This document shows, piece by piece, positions 40,602 through 53,866 of a stretch of DNA of 64,000 bases. Both the position numbers and the translations under genes were made by a program. Source of the DNA: Chloroflexota bacterium (GTDB lineage Bacteria > Chloroflexota > Limnocylindria > Limnocylindrales > Limnocylindraceae); contig JBEDDM010000001.1 in assembly GCA_041176225.1 (NCBI GenBank), forward strand, positions 20,405 to 84,404. Direction: 5' to 3'. Every line of letters starts with the position of its first letter. The stretch's first letter is position 1. Under the pieces are notes generated by a model. That model saw nothing but the letters and a program-made list of their open reading frames with translations. It was not told the origin of the DNA and searched no databases.

Positions 40602-41560
40602 TGAGCATCGCGGCTCCCCGCACGTCCGCGACACGACGCACCCTCTTGATTGCAGCGCTCGGCGTCCTCCTGCTCGATGCCTTCGCCATCGTGATGTTTG
40701 GCGGCGTTGGACTCAACGGTTTCCCGGGCGACGTGATCAAGCGCGCGCTCGAACCAATTGTTCCTTACACGGTGATTGATCTTGGTGGCGACCCAACGCA
40801 TGTTGCGTCGCTCTTTGACTTCTATCCGAGTATCACGGGCTCGATCATCATGAGTTGGATTGTGATGGCGGTGATCATCGTTTCATTCTCACTTCTTGCG
40901 CGACGTCTCAAAGAGATCCCGAGTGGCGTGCAGAACGCGGTTGAGTTTGCGATCGAGGGTCTAACGAACTTTGCGATGGGCATTGGTGGTCCGGGTGCAA
41001 AGCGCTTCATCACCTTCTTCCTCGCCTGCTTCCTCTTCATCTCGATTTCAAACTGGTCGGGGCTGATCCCTGGCGTTGGACGCGTGCATGAGTTCCGTGC
41101 ACCAACAAGCGACGTCAATGTGACCGTCGGCCTTGCCCTCGTCGCCTTCGTCTACTTCCACTACCAAGGGTTCCGTGCGCTCGGCATCGGCGGCTACCTG
41201 GGCAAGTTCTTCACGCTGAAAGGGGGTCCGGTCGGCCTCTTCGTCGGCGTTCTCGAGTTCTTCTTGGAGCTCGTCAAACCAGTGACGCTTGCGATGCGAC
41301 TCTTCGGCAACATCTACGGCGGAGAGCTCGCGCTCACTGTGATGACTACAATCACGCTCGCGTTCATTCCCCTCGCCCTGTATGGCCTCGAGCTCTTCGT
41401 CGGCCTGATGCAGGGGATCATCTTCAGCGTGCTCGTCCTGGTCTTCACCATGCTTGCCATGGAGGGGCACCACGAAGAGGGGCACGATGAGCATCACGAA
41501 CCTGCTGGGGCAGGTGAAGGCTCCGTAGCAGGAGCAGAATCACAAGTTGCGGCACACTAG
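40601..41560 (+). CDS. atpB: F0F1 ATP synthase subunit a, with a His-rich C-terminal tail
   Basis: MRLFGNIYGGE essential-Arg motif; tail …MEGHHEEGHDEHHEPAGAGEGSVAGAESQVAAH. Confidence 0.95.
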   Translation: MSIAAPRTSATRRTLLIAALGVLLLDAFAIVMFGGVGLNGFPGDVIKRALEPIVPYTVIDLGGDPTHVASLFDFYPSITGSIIMSWIVMAVIIVSFSLLARRLKEIPSGVQNAVEFAIEGLTNFAMGIGGPGAKRFITFFLACFLFISISNWSGLIPGVGRVHEFRAPTSDVNVTVGLALVAFVYFHYQGFRALGIGGYLGKFFTLKGGPVGLFVGVLEFFLELVKPVTLAMRLFGNIYGGELALTVMTTITLAFIPLALYGLELFVGLMQGIIFSVLVLVFTMLAMEGHHEEGHDEHHEPAGAGEGSVAGAESQVAAH

Positions 41561-41631
41561 CCGTAGCTGAGAGACAGCAAGACCGACCGAGCGGAAGCGT
41601 CCGGACGGCGGTCACAGTAGGAGGTAGGAAG

Positions 41632-41841
41632 ATGGATCAGCTCCAGGCGGGCATCGCAGCCCTCGGCGTCATTGGGCCGGCCCTCGGTGTCGGTATCGCA
41701 ACCGCAGCGGCGGCAAGCGCGATCGGTCGAAATCCAGAGGCGGCCGGCGCAATCCGCGGCGTCTTCATCATCGGTGCAGCGTTCGCAGAAGGCCTCGGCG
41801 TTCTCGCGATCGTGCTCGGCATCCTTTCACTCGTTCTTTAA
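41632..41841 (+). CDS. atpE: F0F1 ATP synthase subunit c
   Basis: 69-aa hairpin; GRNPE loop and conserved acidic residue (…AFAEGLGVLA…). Confidence 0.95.
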   Translation: MDQLQAGIAALGVIGPALGVGIATAAAASAIGRNPEAAGAIRGVFIIGAAFAEGLGVLAIVLGILSLVL

Positions 41842-41850
41842 TCAGCAAAC

Positions 41851-42438
41851 GTGCAGATCGTTGAGGCGCAGATGATTGAGTTGATTCAGGGAGTGCTCGG
41901 AGCCTTCCCGTACGCTGAGGCCGCCGCTGGCGAAGCCGAAGGTGCGGGCTTGAGCTTCAATCTCTTCTGGATCTTGATCTCTGCGGCGAACTTCGGCTTC
42001 TTCATTATTGTCTTGCGTGCAGCAGCGCTCGGTCCCATCACAAAGATGTTGGATGAGCGACGCGAACGCATTGAGCGCGGCCTTCGCGACGCGGCAGACG
42101 CCGCACTCGCAAAGGGGCGCGCAATTGAAGCGGCTGACGCCTCCTTGGCAGAAGCACGACGTGAGTCAAACGAGATTCGCGCCAACGCGGAGAAGGCGGC
42201 GGCGCAGATTCGCGAACAGCAGGCGGCGTCACTCAAGGTCGAACTTGAGAAGATGCGAGCCGACGCAACCGCAGAGATTGAGGCGGCGCGCGTCAGCGCA
42301 CTCGCGTCTATTCGAAGTGAGGTTGCTGACCTTGCAATCAGCGCGGCGACCAAGGTGGTCGGCGCATCAATGGACGGTGATCGTCAGCGTGCACTCGTTG
42401 GCGAATTCCTGGACGAGCAGCGCGGGAAGGGGAACTGA
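41851..42438 (+). CDS. atpF: F0F1 ATP synthase subunit b
   Basis: N-terminal TM helix followed by a long Ala/Glu/Arg-rich coiled coil. Confidence 0.85.
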   Translation: MQIVEAQMIELIQGVLGAFPYAEAAAGEAEGAGLSFNLFWILISAANFGFFIIVLRAAALGPITKMLDERRERIERGLRDAADAALAKGRAIEAADASLAEARRESNEIRANAEKAAAQIREQQAASLKVELEKMRADATAEIEAARVSALASIRSEVADLAISAATKVVGASMDGDRQRALVGEFLDEQRGKGN

Positions 42439-42440
42439 TC

Positions 42441-42986
42441 GTGGATCGACCCCTCGGCTCTGCACGACGATACGCAGCGGCACTCCTCTCCCTTGCGGGT
42501 GAGGGTGGGGCGGCAGAGGCCCTCGTGGCTGAGCTTGATCGAGTGGCGGAGGTAGTGAACACCCCAGGGGCCCGCACAATTCTGGATGATCCGCGCACCC
42601 CACCGGCGGCACGCGTCGGCGCGCTTGAGGCGGCAACCGGAGCAACGGTGAGCCCAGCCGTGCACACGCTCATGGGAGCGCTCGCTTCGCGTCGAACGTT
42701 GGGACGACTTCCCGCGATCGCAGAGGCAACGCACGAGGCGCTGGACGCTCGCAACGGGATCGCGACTGCGCGCGTGAGCACACCTTCAGAGATTGGCGCA
42801 GACGAGCGCAGCAAGATTGAGGCGCAGGCGAAAGAGATCGCTGGTGGCAGCGTGCGCGTCAGCTATGACATTGACCCAAGCCTTGTTGGAGGCGTCACGC
42901 TTCGCGTGGGCGACCTCCTCATTGATGGAAGCGTCAAAGGAAAACTCGCGCGCATGCGTGAGCGCATCCTTTCGGCAGCCGGCTGA
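42441..42986 (+). CDS. atpH: F0F1 ATP synthase subunit delta
   Basis: 181 aa, OSCP-like; position between atpF and atpA. Confidence 0.85.
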   Translation: MDRPLGSARRYAAALLSLAGEGGAAEALVAELDRVAEVVNTPGARTILDDPRTPPAARVGALEAATGATVSPAVHTLMGALASRRTLGRLPAIAEATHEALDARNGIATARVSTPSEIGADERSKIEAQAKEIAGGSVRVSYDIDPSLVGGVTLRVGDLLIDGSVKGKLARMRERILSAAG

Positions 42987-43024
42987 ACCGGCGCAGCGCG
43001 TAGAGCAGCGAGGAGCAGAGAACC

Positions 43025-44556
43025 ATGGCAATCAAGTCAGACGAGATCATCAGCATCTTGAAGTCGCAGATCGCGGGCTTTGACGGCGGCGCCGAGTCGC
43101 GCACCGTTGGCACGGTGGTCGAAGTGGGCGACGGTATTGCGCAGGTCTATGGACTCTCTGGCGCTCTCTCGTCTGAACTTCTGGAGTTCCCTGGCGGCGT
43201 GGCCGGCATGGCACTCAACCTTGGCGAAGAGACGGTCGGCGCCGTGCTCCTTGGTGATGCGAAGAGCATTAAAGAGGGCGACACCGTTAAGACCACCGGT
43301 CGCGTTGTTGAGGTTCCAGTTGGACCAGAACTCATTGGTCGCGTGGTTGATCCGCTCGGTCGTCCACTGGACGGCAAGGGTCCAATCAACGCAAAGAAGA
43401 GCCGCCCCGTTGAGCGAATTGCGCCGGGCGTGATCAGCCGCAAATCAGTCACCACACCAGTGCAGACTGGTATCAAGGCGGTTGACGCACTCATCCCAAT
43501 CGGTCGCGGCCAGCGCGAGTTGATCATCGGTGACCGCCAGACCGGCAAGACCGCCGTGGCGATCGACACGATCATCAATCAGAAGGGGAAGGGCCTCATC
43601 TGCATCTACGTTGCAATCGGCCAGAAGCTCTCCACGGTGCGCACCGTTGTTGCCATGTTGGAGAAGCAGGGCGCCATGGGGCACACCGTCGTTGTGGTCG
43701 CAGGCGCCGAAGATCCAGCACCACTGCAGTACCTTGCGCCGTTCGCCGGTTGCGCGATTGCAGAAGAGATCATGGAAGAGGGCGTCACCGTTGACGGGAA
43801 GGAAGTGCGCGACGCACTCTGCGTCTACGACGATCTCTCCAAGCACGCGGTTGCGTATCGCGAGATGGCGCTCCTCTTGCGCCGACCGCCAGGACGCGAA
43901 GCGTATCCAGGCGACGTCTTCTATCTGCACAGCCGACTCCTTGAGCGCGCCGCGCGACTCTCGGACGATCTGGGCGGCGGTTCAATTACGGCGCTTCCAA
44001 TCATTGAGACGCAGGCGGGCGACGTTTCGGCGTACATCCCAACAAACGTCATCTCTATTACAGACGGACAGATCTTCCTTGAGACCGACCTCTTCAACGC
44101 GGGTCAGCGACCGGCGGTGAACGTTGGTATCTCCGTCTCGCGTGTGGGTTCCGCCGCGCAGACGAAGGCAATGAAGAAGGTTGCCGGACCGTTGAAGCTC
44201 GACCTTGCGCAGTACCGAGAGCTCGCGGCGTTCGCGCAGTTCTCTGGCGACCTTGACAAGTCAACGCGCGATCAGCTGACGCGCGGTGAGAAGCTCTCCG
44301 CCATCACACGCCAGCCACAGTACGCACCAGTGGCGGTGGAGAAGCAGGTCGCCATCCTCTACGTTGCGTCAAAGGGGAAGCTGGATGACGTCCCTACACC
44401 GCGCGTGAGTGAATTCGAGAGCGGCTTCTACACGTTCCTTGATCGCGAGCGCCCACAGGTGCTCGCCGAACTCGCTAAGGAGCAGGCGTTGACGGACAAC
44501 GCCGCGAAGGGCCTCGACGAGGCCGTTGACGTCTTCCGAAAGAGCTTCCTCGCCTA

Positions 44557-44557
<1 letters not shown>
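43025..44557 (+). CDS. atpA: F0F1 ATP synthase subunit alpha
   Basis: 510 aa; P-loop GDRQTGKT. Confidence 0.97.
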
Positions 44558-46852
<2,295 letters not shown>

Positions 46853-46855
46853 CGC

Positions 46856-47275
46856 ATGTCATTCTCATTGGAGATCGTGACGCCGGAGCGACTCACCTGG
46901 AGCGGTGAGGCAACGGCGCTCGTCCTTCCAACAGTTGACGGAGAGATCGGGATCCTGCCCAAGCACGAGCCGTACGTCACCGTGCTCGGACTCGGCGAGG
47001 GTCGGATCACCTTGAAGGACGGGAGCGTGGAGCTCTTGGCGATCATCGGCGGCTTCGTGCAGGTGCGTCCAGACCGCGTTCTGGTGCTGGCAGAGTCTGC
47101 AGATCTCGCCGCGGACCTTGACGTGGAGGCCATTGAAAAGGCAAAGGCGGTCGCCGAGCAGGCGCTCGCGCAGGTGGATCAGGCAGACCCAGGAGCCGTT
47201 GCTGCGGCTCGAGCCAGCATGGCCCGCGCACTCCTTCAGTCGAGCCTTGCGGAGCGCCGCCGCCGCCGCGGCTGA
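46856..47275 (+). CDS. atpC: F0F1 ATP synthase subunit epsilon
   Basis: 139 aa; N-terminal beta-sandwich plus C-terminal helices. Confidence 0.9.
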   Translation: MSFSLEIVTPERLTWSGEATALVLPTVDGEIGILPKHEPYVTVLGLGEGRITLKDGSVELLAIIGGFVQVRPDRVLVLAESADLAADLDVEAIEKAKAVAEQALAQVDQADPGAVAAARASMARALLQSSLAERRRRRG

Positions 47276-47372
47276 TCTCCCTGACGCTTCGCATCACCCT
47301 GCGAACAACGCCCCAGCGAACAAGAAGTTGCTCGGTTGGACGCCGTGAGGGGAGAGGGGCGAGAATCCACGC

Positions 47373-48725
47373 ATGAGTAAGGAACCGATGCCCAAGCCCT
47401 TCTCCTGGGAGTACCGCCCCACGGTGCTCGCCAAAGAGGCGTTCCACATCACAGGTGGTCGTCCGCTCAGTGGCAGCGTGCGCGTATCCGGCGCAAAGAA
47501 TGCCGCCCTCAAGATGATGGCCGCGTCGGTCCTCACTGGCGAAACACTTCGCCTTGAGAACGTTCCAGAGATCCTTGACATTGAGGTGCTGCGCGACACA
47601 CTCCGCGATCTTGGTGTTGCGGTGGAACGCGAAACAGATGGCACGATGGATCTCACCGCGGGTGACGTGGAGTGGCTCTTCGTTCCGTTGGAAGCGGCGG
47701 CCAAGATGCGCGCGAGCTTCATGTTGCTCGGCCCACTCCTTGCGCGATTCGGTCGCGTCATCATCAGCAATCCTGGCGGCGATCGGATTGGACGACGCCC
47801 CGTCAATCTCCATGTAGATGCAATGCGCGCGCTCGGCGCAGAGATTGATTATCGCGATGGCTACTACTTTGCAAAGAGCAGCGGTAGACTGCGCGGCGCA
47901 GATATCACCTTCCCGCACGTCACCGTGATGGGGACAGAGAATGCAATGCTCGCCGCAGTCCTCGCAAAAGGGACGACGCGCATCCAGCCTGCTGCGCAGG
48001 AGCCAGAGGTGGACGATCTCATCACGCTCCTCAATGCAATGGGCGCGCAGGTCCAGCGCACTGCACCAGATGTGATTGAAATCCAAGGCGTTGATGCGCT
48101 GCACGGTGCAACACACCGCGTGATGCCTGATCGAATTGAAGCGGGAACATTCGCAACCGCCGCCGCAGTGATTGGCGGCAGCATTGAGATTACGGAGATT
48201 GAACCGGCGCACCTTGGTGGTTTCTTACAAGTGTTGGAGCGAATGGGCGTTGAGCACAGCGTGACGGGAAAAACTCTACGGGTCAGCGGTACGCCACAGG
48301 GTGAAGGTTCGTACAAGGCGGTCGATATCACGACCGCTCCGTATCCAGGGCTCGCCACCGACCTCCAGCCTTCCGCAGGACTGATCCTGACGCGCGCTGC
48401 GGGCGTCAGCAACATCCATGAGACGATCTTTGAAGATCGACTTGAATGGCTGGTAGGCCTGCGCAACTTTGGCGCACAGGTGGAGATCCTCGACCCGCGG
48501 CACGCGCGGATCAGTGGGCCAACCACATTCACTGCGGCTGAGGCGGATATCCCAGATCTGCGCGCAGGAGCCACGCTCATGCTTGCCGCACTCGCCGCCC
48601 CTGGCGAGAGCAGGATCCACGGCGCGCACCACGTCCGCCGTGGCTATGCCACCATTGAGGAGAAGTTCCGTGGCCTTGGCGCGGAGCTGACGCACGTCAG
48701 CGAAGAGGAGAAGAGCCCAGCATGA
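47373..48725 (+). CDS. murA: UDP-N-acetylglucosamine 1-carboxyvinyltransferase
   Basis: …[16 protein letters not shown]…; EPSP-synthase fold; follows atpC as in actinobacteria. Confidence 0.93.
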   Translation: MSKEPMPKPFSWEYRPTVLAKEAFHITGGRPLSGSVRVSGAKNAALKMMAASVLTGETLRLENVPEILDIEVLRDTLRDLGVAVERETDGTMDLTAGDVEWLFVPLEAAAKMRASFMLLGPLLARFGRVIISNPGGDRIGRRPVNLHVDAMRALGAEIDYRDGYYFAKSSGRLRGADITFPHVTVMGTENAMLAAVLAKGTTRIQPAAQEPEVDDLITLLNAMGAQVQRTAPDVIEIQGVDALHGATHRVMPDRIEAGTFATAAAVIGGSIEITEIEPAHLGGFLQVLERMGVEHSVTGKTLRVSGTPQGEGSYKAVDITTAPYPGLATDLQPSAGLILTRAAGVSNIHETIFEDRLEWLVGLRNFGAQVEILDPRHARISGPTTFTAAEADIPDLRAGATLMLAALAAPGESRIHGAHHVRRGYATIEEKFRGLGAELTHVSEEEKSPA

Positions 48726-49720
48726 AGATTGGAATTGACCTCGGCACCGCAAACGTGCTGGTTTTCGTGCAGGGTCAAGGGATCACCGTGCGTGAGCCGA
48801 GCGTCGTGGCAATTGACGCGGACGACCGAATCGTTGCCGTTGGCACCGAGGCGAAGGAGATGGTTGGACGAACCCCAGGCTCCATCACCGCCATTCGCCC
48901 ACTCCGCGACGGAGTGATCGCTGACTATGTAGTGACCGAAGCAATGCTTCGCTACTTCATCAAGAAGGGGACGGCGGGGAAGATCTCCTTCGGTCGCCCC
49001 GACGTCCTTGTGAGCGTTCCTGCCGGCTCAACCTCCGTGGAGAAGCGCTACGTCCTGGATGCCGCGCGACAAGCAGGTGCTGGCAAGGCGTATCTGATCG
49101 AAGAGCCAATGGCGGCAGCGATCGGCGCGCAACTGCCAATCAGCGGTCCGTCGGGGAACATGATCGTGAACATTGGCGGCGGTACGGCCGAGATTGCGGT
49201 GATCTCAATGTCTGACATCGTGGTGGCTAAGAGTCACCGAGTTGGTGGGAACCGTTTTGATGAAGCGATCGCCCTCTACATCCGCCGCAAGTACAACCTC
49301 ATGATTGGGGACCGCACCGCGGAGCAGGTGAAACTGGAGATCGGAAGTGCCCTCTCTCTTGAAGAGGAGTTGACCATGAGCGTCAAGGGCCGAGACATGA
49401 TCGCCGGTCTCCCCCGAGAGGCGATGATCACCTCAACGGAGATCACGGAGGCGATGGAGGTGCCGCTGCGAAACCTCACCGACGCCATCCGTGGCGTGCT
49501 CGAGCAGACGCCACCAGAGCTCAGTGCAGACATCATCGACAAGGGGATCGTCCTCTCGGGCGGCGGCGCGCTGCTACGCAACATTGACCGCCTCATCACC
49601 AACGTAACCGGCGTTGCCGCCCATGTGGCACCAGATCCGCTGAGCTGCGTGGCGAAGGGGACAGGGATTGCGCTCGAGCACTTTGACGTCTTCGCCAAGT
49701 CGCTGACGTCACAAGCCTGA
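48722..49720 (+). CDS. mreB: Rod-shape-determining actin homologue MreB
   Basis: [16 protein letters not shown]…; 332 aa; ATGA overlap with murA. Confidence 0.93.
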   Translation: MKIGIDLGTANVLVFVQGQGITVREPSVVAIDADDRIVAVGTEAKEMVGRTPGSITAIRPLRDGVIADYVVTEAMLRYFIKKGTAGKISFGRPDVLVSVPAGSTSVEKRYVLDAARQAGAGKAYLIEEPMAAAIGAQLPISGPSGNMIVNIGGGTAEIAVISMSDIVVAKSHRVGGNRFDEAIALYIRRKYNLMIGDRTAEQVKLEIGSALSLEEELTMSVKGRDMIAGLPREAMITSTEITEAMEVPLRNLTDAIRGVLEQTPPELSADIIDKGIVLSGGGALLRNIDRLITNVTGVAAHVAPDPLSCVAKGTGIALEHFDVFAKSLTSQA

Positions 49721-49723
49721 TCC

Positions 49724-50473
49724 GTGCCTCTGCTCCAGCGCGAAGGCTGGCCGCAGGAGGGTGCCCCTAAGGCATTCGTTGACCTCCACTCCCACTCTTC
49801 GTCCAGCTTTGACTCACTGAGCGATCCCATCGCGCTCACGCGCGCCGCTGCAGCTCGCGGCATCACCCATCTCGCAATCACCGATCATGATCGCGTTGAC
49901 GGCGCACAACGGGCACGTGACGCGCAGATCCCCGGCATCACCGTCCTTGTTGGTTCCGAAGTGCGCACGCGTGATGGTGACATGATCGCGCTCTTCATTG
50001 AGCGACCCATCAAGGTTGGACTCCCGCCGGCGGAGGCCATCGCAGCGATTCGTGAGCAAGGCGGCCTCGTTGGAATTCCGCACCCGTTTGACGGCACACG
50101 CGGCTCGCTACTCCTCAAGGAAGAACATGCAGAACTCATCACGCTCGTTGACTGGATTGAAGGGTGGAACGCGCGACTGTGGACGCCTGGTGGCAACGCG
50201 CGTGCAGCAGCGCTTGCGGCAACACACGGGATTCCGAGCGTTGCATCGTCAGATGCGCACAGCATCATGGAGATTGGAAACGCAGCAACGGTGCTCGCTG
50301 GCGATCCATCAACGCCAGCACTGATGCGCGCGGCGCTCGCTGCGCCGCATGAACTCATCACTGGTCGTAGTGCGCTGCTCGCGCGCTTGGTGATGCCGTT
50401 TGTCAAAGTGATCAATGCGACACGTGGAAACCGACGCATCAAGCCCGGCGTCACCTACGGCGAGCAGGGATGA
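49724..50473 (+). CDS. PHP-domain (polymerase/histidinol-phosphatase-like) metal-dependent phosphoesterase
   Basis: DLHSHSSSSFD and …HLAITDHD… His/Asp motifs. Confidence 0.75.
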   Translation: MPLLQREGWPQEGAPKAFVDLHSHSSSSFDSLSDPIALTRAAAARGITHLAITDHDRVDGAQRARDAQIPGITVLVGSEVRTRDGDMIALFIERPIKVGLPPAEAIAAIREQGGLVGIPHPFDGTRGSLLLKEEHAELITLVDWIEGWNARLWTPGGNARAAALAATHGIPSVASSDAHSIMEIGNAATVLAGDPSTPALMRAALAAPHELITGRSALLARLVMPFVKVINATRGNRRIKPGVTYGEQG

Positions 50474-50486
50474 TCGGCGAGACGGA

Positions 50487-51515
50487 ATGAGCGAGGCGAA
50501 AACCTCGTTCAGCATTGGCGAGCGGATACGGCGTCCCTCAACGATCGCAGGACTTCTCTTTACCGTGGTCCTGCTGGTTGGACTCTGGCGCGCTGCGAGC
50601 GCGTTCAACCTTGATCAAGTTGCAACACTGATCGGATCCGCGAATCCACTCGCGCTGGTTGCAGCGCTTGCGGCAACACTCGCCACGCTGCTCCTTCGTG
50701 GACTGCGATGGCGCGAACTTCTCAGTGTGGTGAACCTCTCAATCTCGCGTCGTGCCGCGATTGAGATCCTCGCACTCTCTTTCTGGGTCAACGTCGTGCT
50801 GCCCGCAAAGATTGGTGACTTCTATCGCGCGTGGCTTCTGAAGCGCAATGGAGGCCCCTCGTTTGGTCGCGGTGTTGGCACCGTGGTCTTGGAGCGCGCG
50901 CTCGATCTCATCACGGTCGCACTTCTTGGTGCGCTCTCTGGCGCCGTTGCGTTCGGCGGTGAGCTTCCCGCCGCTGTGTTGGTACTGATGGTGTTTGCCC
51001 TCGCACTCGCACTGGTGGGGATCCTCGTGCTCCTTGCTGCGCGCGGTCCAGCCAGCAGGCTGAGCAAGCGGCTGCCACTTCCCAGGCAGGCCGCCGAACC
51101 ACTGGAGCGCGCCTTCGACGCGCTGAAGGAGGGGAGCACGCGCGGCGGGATCGTGCGCGTTGCACCGCACACGTGTGCGATCTGGGCGCTCCAAGCGCTG
51201 CGACTCGGCGCTGTCGCCGCTGCACTCGGACTCTTTCAGGTCGACCCAGCAGCCGGTGCGATCGGCCCTTCCGCGGTGCTCTTCACTGCGCTCGCGTCTG
51301 CCGTGTTGAGCACCGTCCCGTTCACCCCAGCAGGCTTGGGCATTGTTGAGGCGGGGAGTGTTGGCATCTTGGTTGGGATCTTCGGAATGACTCCTGAGTC
51401 GGCGATCGCCCTCATGCTGCTTGACCGCATCGCAGATATCGGCTCGCTGATGGCTGGCGGGGCCGTTCTCTTTGCCGTGTCACCATTCCGGCGCGGTGCC
51501 GGAAGTCTCCGCTAG
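50487..51515 (+). CDS. Flippase-like membrane protein (LPG_synthase_TM / UPF0104, MprF C-terminal-like)
   Basis: Polytopic protein; the conserved …GDFYRAWLL… and …PAGLGIVEAG… segments match TIGR00374-type proteins. The track start at 50415 overlaps the PHP gene; Met at 50487 is preferred. Confidence 0.65.
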   Translation: MSEAKTSFSIGERIRRPSTIAGLLFTVVLLVGLWRAASAFNLDQVATLIGSANPLALVAALAATLATLLLRGLRWRELLSVVNLSISRRAAIEILALSFWVNVVLPAKIGDFYRAWLLKRNGGPSFGRGVGTVVLERALDLITVALLGALSGAVAFGGELPAAVLVLMVFALALALVGILVLLAARGPASRLSKRLPLPRQAAEPLERAFDALKEGSTRGGIVRVAPHTCAIWALQALRLGAVAAALGLFQVDPAAGAIGPSAVLFTALASAVLSTVPFTPAGLGIVEAGSVGILVGIFGMTPESAIALMLLDRIADIGSLMAGGAVLFAVSPFRRGAGSLR

Positions 51516-52480
51516 CGCCGCTTCACACTCTTCTTCGCAGCAGGCTTCGGCGCCTTCGCCGCCTTCTTGACAGGCTTCGGCAGGCCTGGAGCCTCCGCTG
51601 GGAGCGGCTTCAGCTTTAGGTTCCCCTGCGCAAGCTGGATCGTGCGCTCAACGTTCAGCTTGTCCCAGCCCTCTTCCATCCCCGGTGTCTCCAGGTAGTA
51701 CGCGGCATGGGCGAGTTTCGGATGACTGATCAGCGCGGCGAGTCCGCGTGCGCCGACTTCGCCGCCGCCAATGTGTTGATGTCGATCCAGCTTAGAACCG
51801 TGCGCCGCCTTGCTGTCGTTGTAGTGGATCATCACGAGCTTCTCGAGGCCAATCTTGCGATCAAACTCTTCAATGACGCGATTAAGTTCATCAAGATCAG
51901 ACATCTCAACACCAGCGCCCCAGAGGTGCGCCGAGTCTAGGCAGTAGCCCACGCGCGACATGTCAACTCGTCGCTTCCCCATTGCTTCGTGAATTGCGAT
52001 CAACTCATCGATGCTTTCACCGATACCATTCCCTCCGCCCGCAGAGTTCTCAAGCACCAGGAGTGCATCGCTCGCCGTTGCTGGAACGCCGTCAAGGATC
52101 TGATCAACCGCCTCGGCGACGCGCTTCACACCCGCCTCAATCCCAGTACCGAGATGTGAACCAATGTGCACGTTGATGAACGACGCGCCGTATGCGGGAG
52201 CAACGCGTAGTTCGTGCTGCAACATTGCAATGCTCTTTTCGCGAACTTCTGGTCGAGGTCCTGCAAGGTTGGCAAGATATGCGGCGTGCACCGCGAGTGG
52301 GCCAAAGCCGTGCTCTTTCATCCGCGCGCGGAATTCTGGAAGCTCTTTCGGCAGCTCTGCGCGACGCGCCCAGCCGGTTGGGTTCCCAGTAAAGATCTGC
52401 AGTCCCATTGCGCCAACAGCGGCGGCACGGTCCGCCGCCTTGACTAAGCCAGGTCCAACAGCAAGGTGCGCGCCGAGCAT
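51512..52480 (-). CDS. nfo: Endonuclease IV (AP endonuclease family 2) with a Lys/Ala/Pro-rich C-terminal tail
   Basis: MLGAHLAVGPGL… start as in E. coli Nfo (track start 52540 is probably too long); metal-site His/Asp/Glu pattern; tail …PKPVKKAAKAPKPAAKKSVKRR. Confidence 0.88.
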   Translation of the reverse strand: MLGAHLAVGPGLVKAADRAAAVGAMGLQIFTGNPTGWARRAELPKELPEFRARMKEHGFGPLAVHAAYLANLAGPRPEVREKSIAMLQHELRVAPAYGASFINVHIGSHLGTGIEAGVKRVAEAVDQILDGVPATASDALLVLENSAGGGNGIGESIDELIAIHEAMGKRRVDMSRVGYCLDSAHLWGAGVEMSDLDELNRVIEEFDRKIGLEKLVMIHYNDSKAAHGSKLDRHQHIGGGEVGARGLAALISHPKLAHAAYYLETPGMEEGWDKLNVERTIQLAQGNLKLKPLPAEAPGLPKPVKKAAKAPKPAAKKSVKRR

Positions 52481-52626
52481 GCGATCGAGTCGCCCTGCGG
52501 CGGAGGGTGGTGCGGAACTCTTCCTACTCTTGGCGGCCATGCGTGCATCCTCTCACAACAGCGTCGGCGCACCCATGCGCAACTTCTTGATGCGTGACCG
52601 TTTGGGCGGAAGTGCGGGCGGAGCAG

Positions 52627-53115
52627 TTACTCCGGGAAGGCGGTGATGGTGATCTCGATCCCAAGGCCGTCCGTCAGCTCAACGGACGCAGCGCTCTCCA
52701 CGAGCTCGCCCATGACGCGAATTTCAGCAAGGCCGGCATCGACTGCGTTTGGAATCGTTGGGTTCGTGCTGCGACGCCAGATCTCAAGGAAGTCGGCGAG
52801 CGTTGCGAGTGTCTCGTCTGGAGCCTCTACGTGGAGCTGGCCGTCTGGTTCATGTGTGTGCAACCAGTACATGCAGTCCTCGTTGATGCCAATGTTCGGT
52901 GGAACCTCTGCGGTCGTTCCATCAGGTAGCTTGATCGTGAGCTGCGAGTGGATGTGATACGCCGCATCATGACCGCCGAAGTCACACGAGACGGCGCCTA
53001 CGTTCTCGCCAAATCCACCAACAGGATCCTTGACAGGTATGCCATCTTTATCTGTCCCAGAGCATGCGGCGACGAGGAGTGCGCCGACGAGGACCCCAAC
53101 AAGCTTCTTCTGCAT
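52627..53115 (-). CDS. Lipoprotein of unknown function
   Basis: Signal plus lipobox (LVGALLVAAC), 162 aa; several His/Cys (CDFGGHDAAYHIH…CMYWLHTHEPDG) suggest a metal site. Confidence 0.55.
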   Translation of the reverse strand: MQKKLVGVLVGALLVAACSGTDKDGIPVKDPVGGFGENVGAVSCDFGGHDAAYHIHSQLTIKLPDGTTAEVPPNIGINEDCMYWLHTHEPDGQLHVEAPDETLATLADFLEIWRRSTNPTIPNAVDAGLAEIRVMGELVESAASVELTDGLGIEITITAFPE

Positions 53116-53147
53116 GCGCCAATGATAGCAAGTTGTTCAGCGACACC

Positions 53148-53819
53148 TCAGCGCTCGTAGGCCACGCTCACCACGGCAATCCAGCGCACCCCTGCCACTC
53201 GCAGTGCTCGCGCCGCCTCACGCGCGGTTGCGCCACTCGTCTGGATGTCATCGACCAGCACGACGGCACTCGGTAGCTCCACGTCCTCCCTGCACGACAT
53301 GGCCCCCTGCATGATTAACGCTCGCGCGGAGCGAGTGGCGCCATGAAGGGGTTCGGTGCTTCGAACACGCGCAAGGAGCCTCCGAACGGGGAGGTGTGCA
53401 GCGGCTCCTGCTGCGGTCGCGAGCAGCGCCGCATGGTCAAAGCCGCGCTCGTGCACGCGACCCTGGTCCGTCGGGATTGGCACGAGCGTGACCTGAAACG
53501 CTGCACGTGCTGATACCTGCTTGATCGCGGGTACGAGTGCCTCACCAAGCTCCCGGGCGAGCCCCTGCACACCCCCGTACTTCATGGTGCGAATGGCCGC
53601 TCCGAGTCCGCCTTCGTAGGGGCCAAGCGCCGCAGCGGCGGAGAGGTTCCCCGCCGGCAGTGCCACCGCGCGGTCTGAGATCCACTCGGCACGACACTCC
53701 GCGCAGAGCAGCGCCCCCTCGCACTCGCAGATCCCACAACGGGGCGGAGCGAGGAGTTCAACCAACGGCGCGGCTACAGAGCGCACGAGGAGTTGGAGCT
53801 GTAGCGAAAACGTGCGCAT
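53148..53819 (-). CDS. ComF-family protein (double zinc-ribbon plus phosphoribosyltransferase domain)
   Basis: CGICEC…CAEC N-terminal Cys cluster and a PRTase motif VVLVDDIQTSGAT. The track ORF to 54011 adds a long Arg-rich leader; internal Met at 53819 is preferred. Confidence 0.75.
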   Translation of the reverse strand: MRTFSLQLQLLVRSVAAPLVELLAPPRCGICECEGALLCAECRAEWISDRAVALPAGNLSAAAALGPYEGGLGAAIRTMKYGGVQGLARELGEALVPAIKQVSARAAFQVTLVPIPTDQGRVHERGFDHAALLATAAGAAAHLPVRRLLARVRSTEPLHGATRSARALIMQGAMSCREDVELPSAVVLVDDIQTSGATAREAARALRVAGVRWIAVVSVAYER

Positions 53820-53866
53820 GCCGTGATCTTCCACGCTCAAGCGTACGGAGCGCGTACGATACGGAG

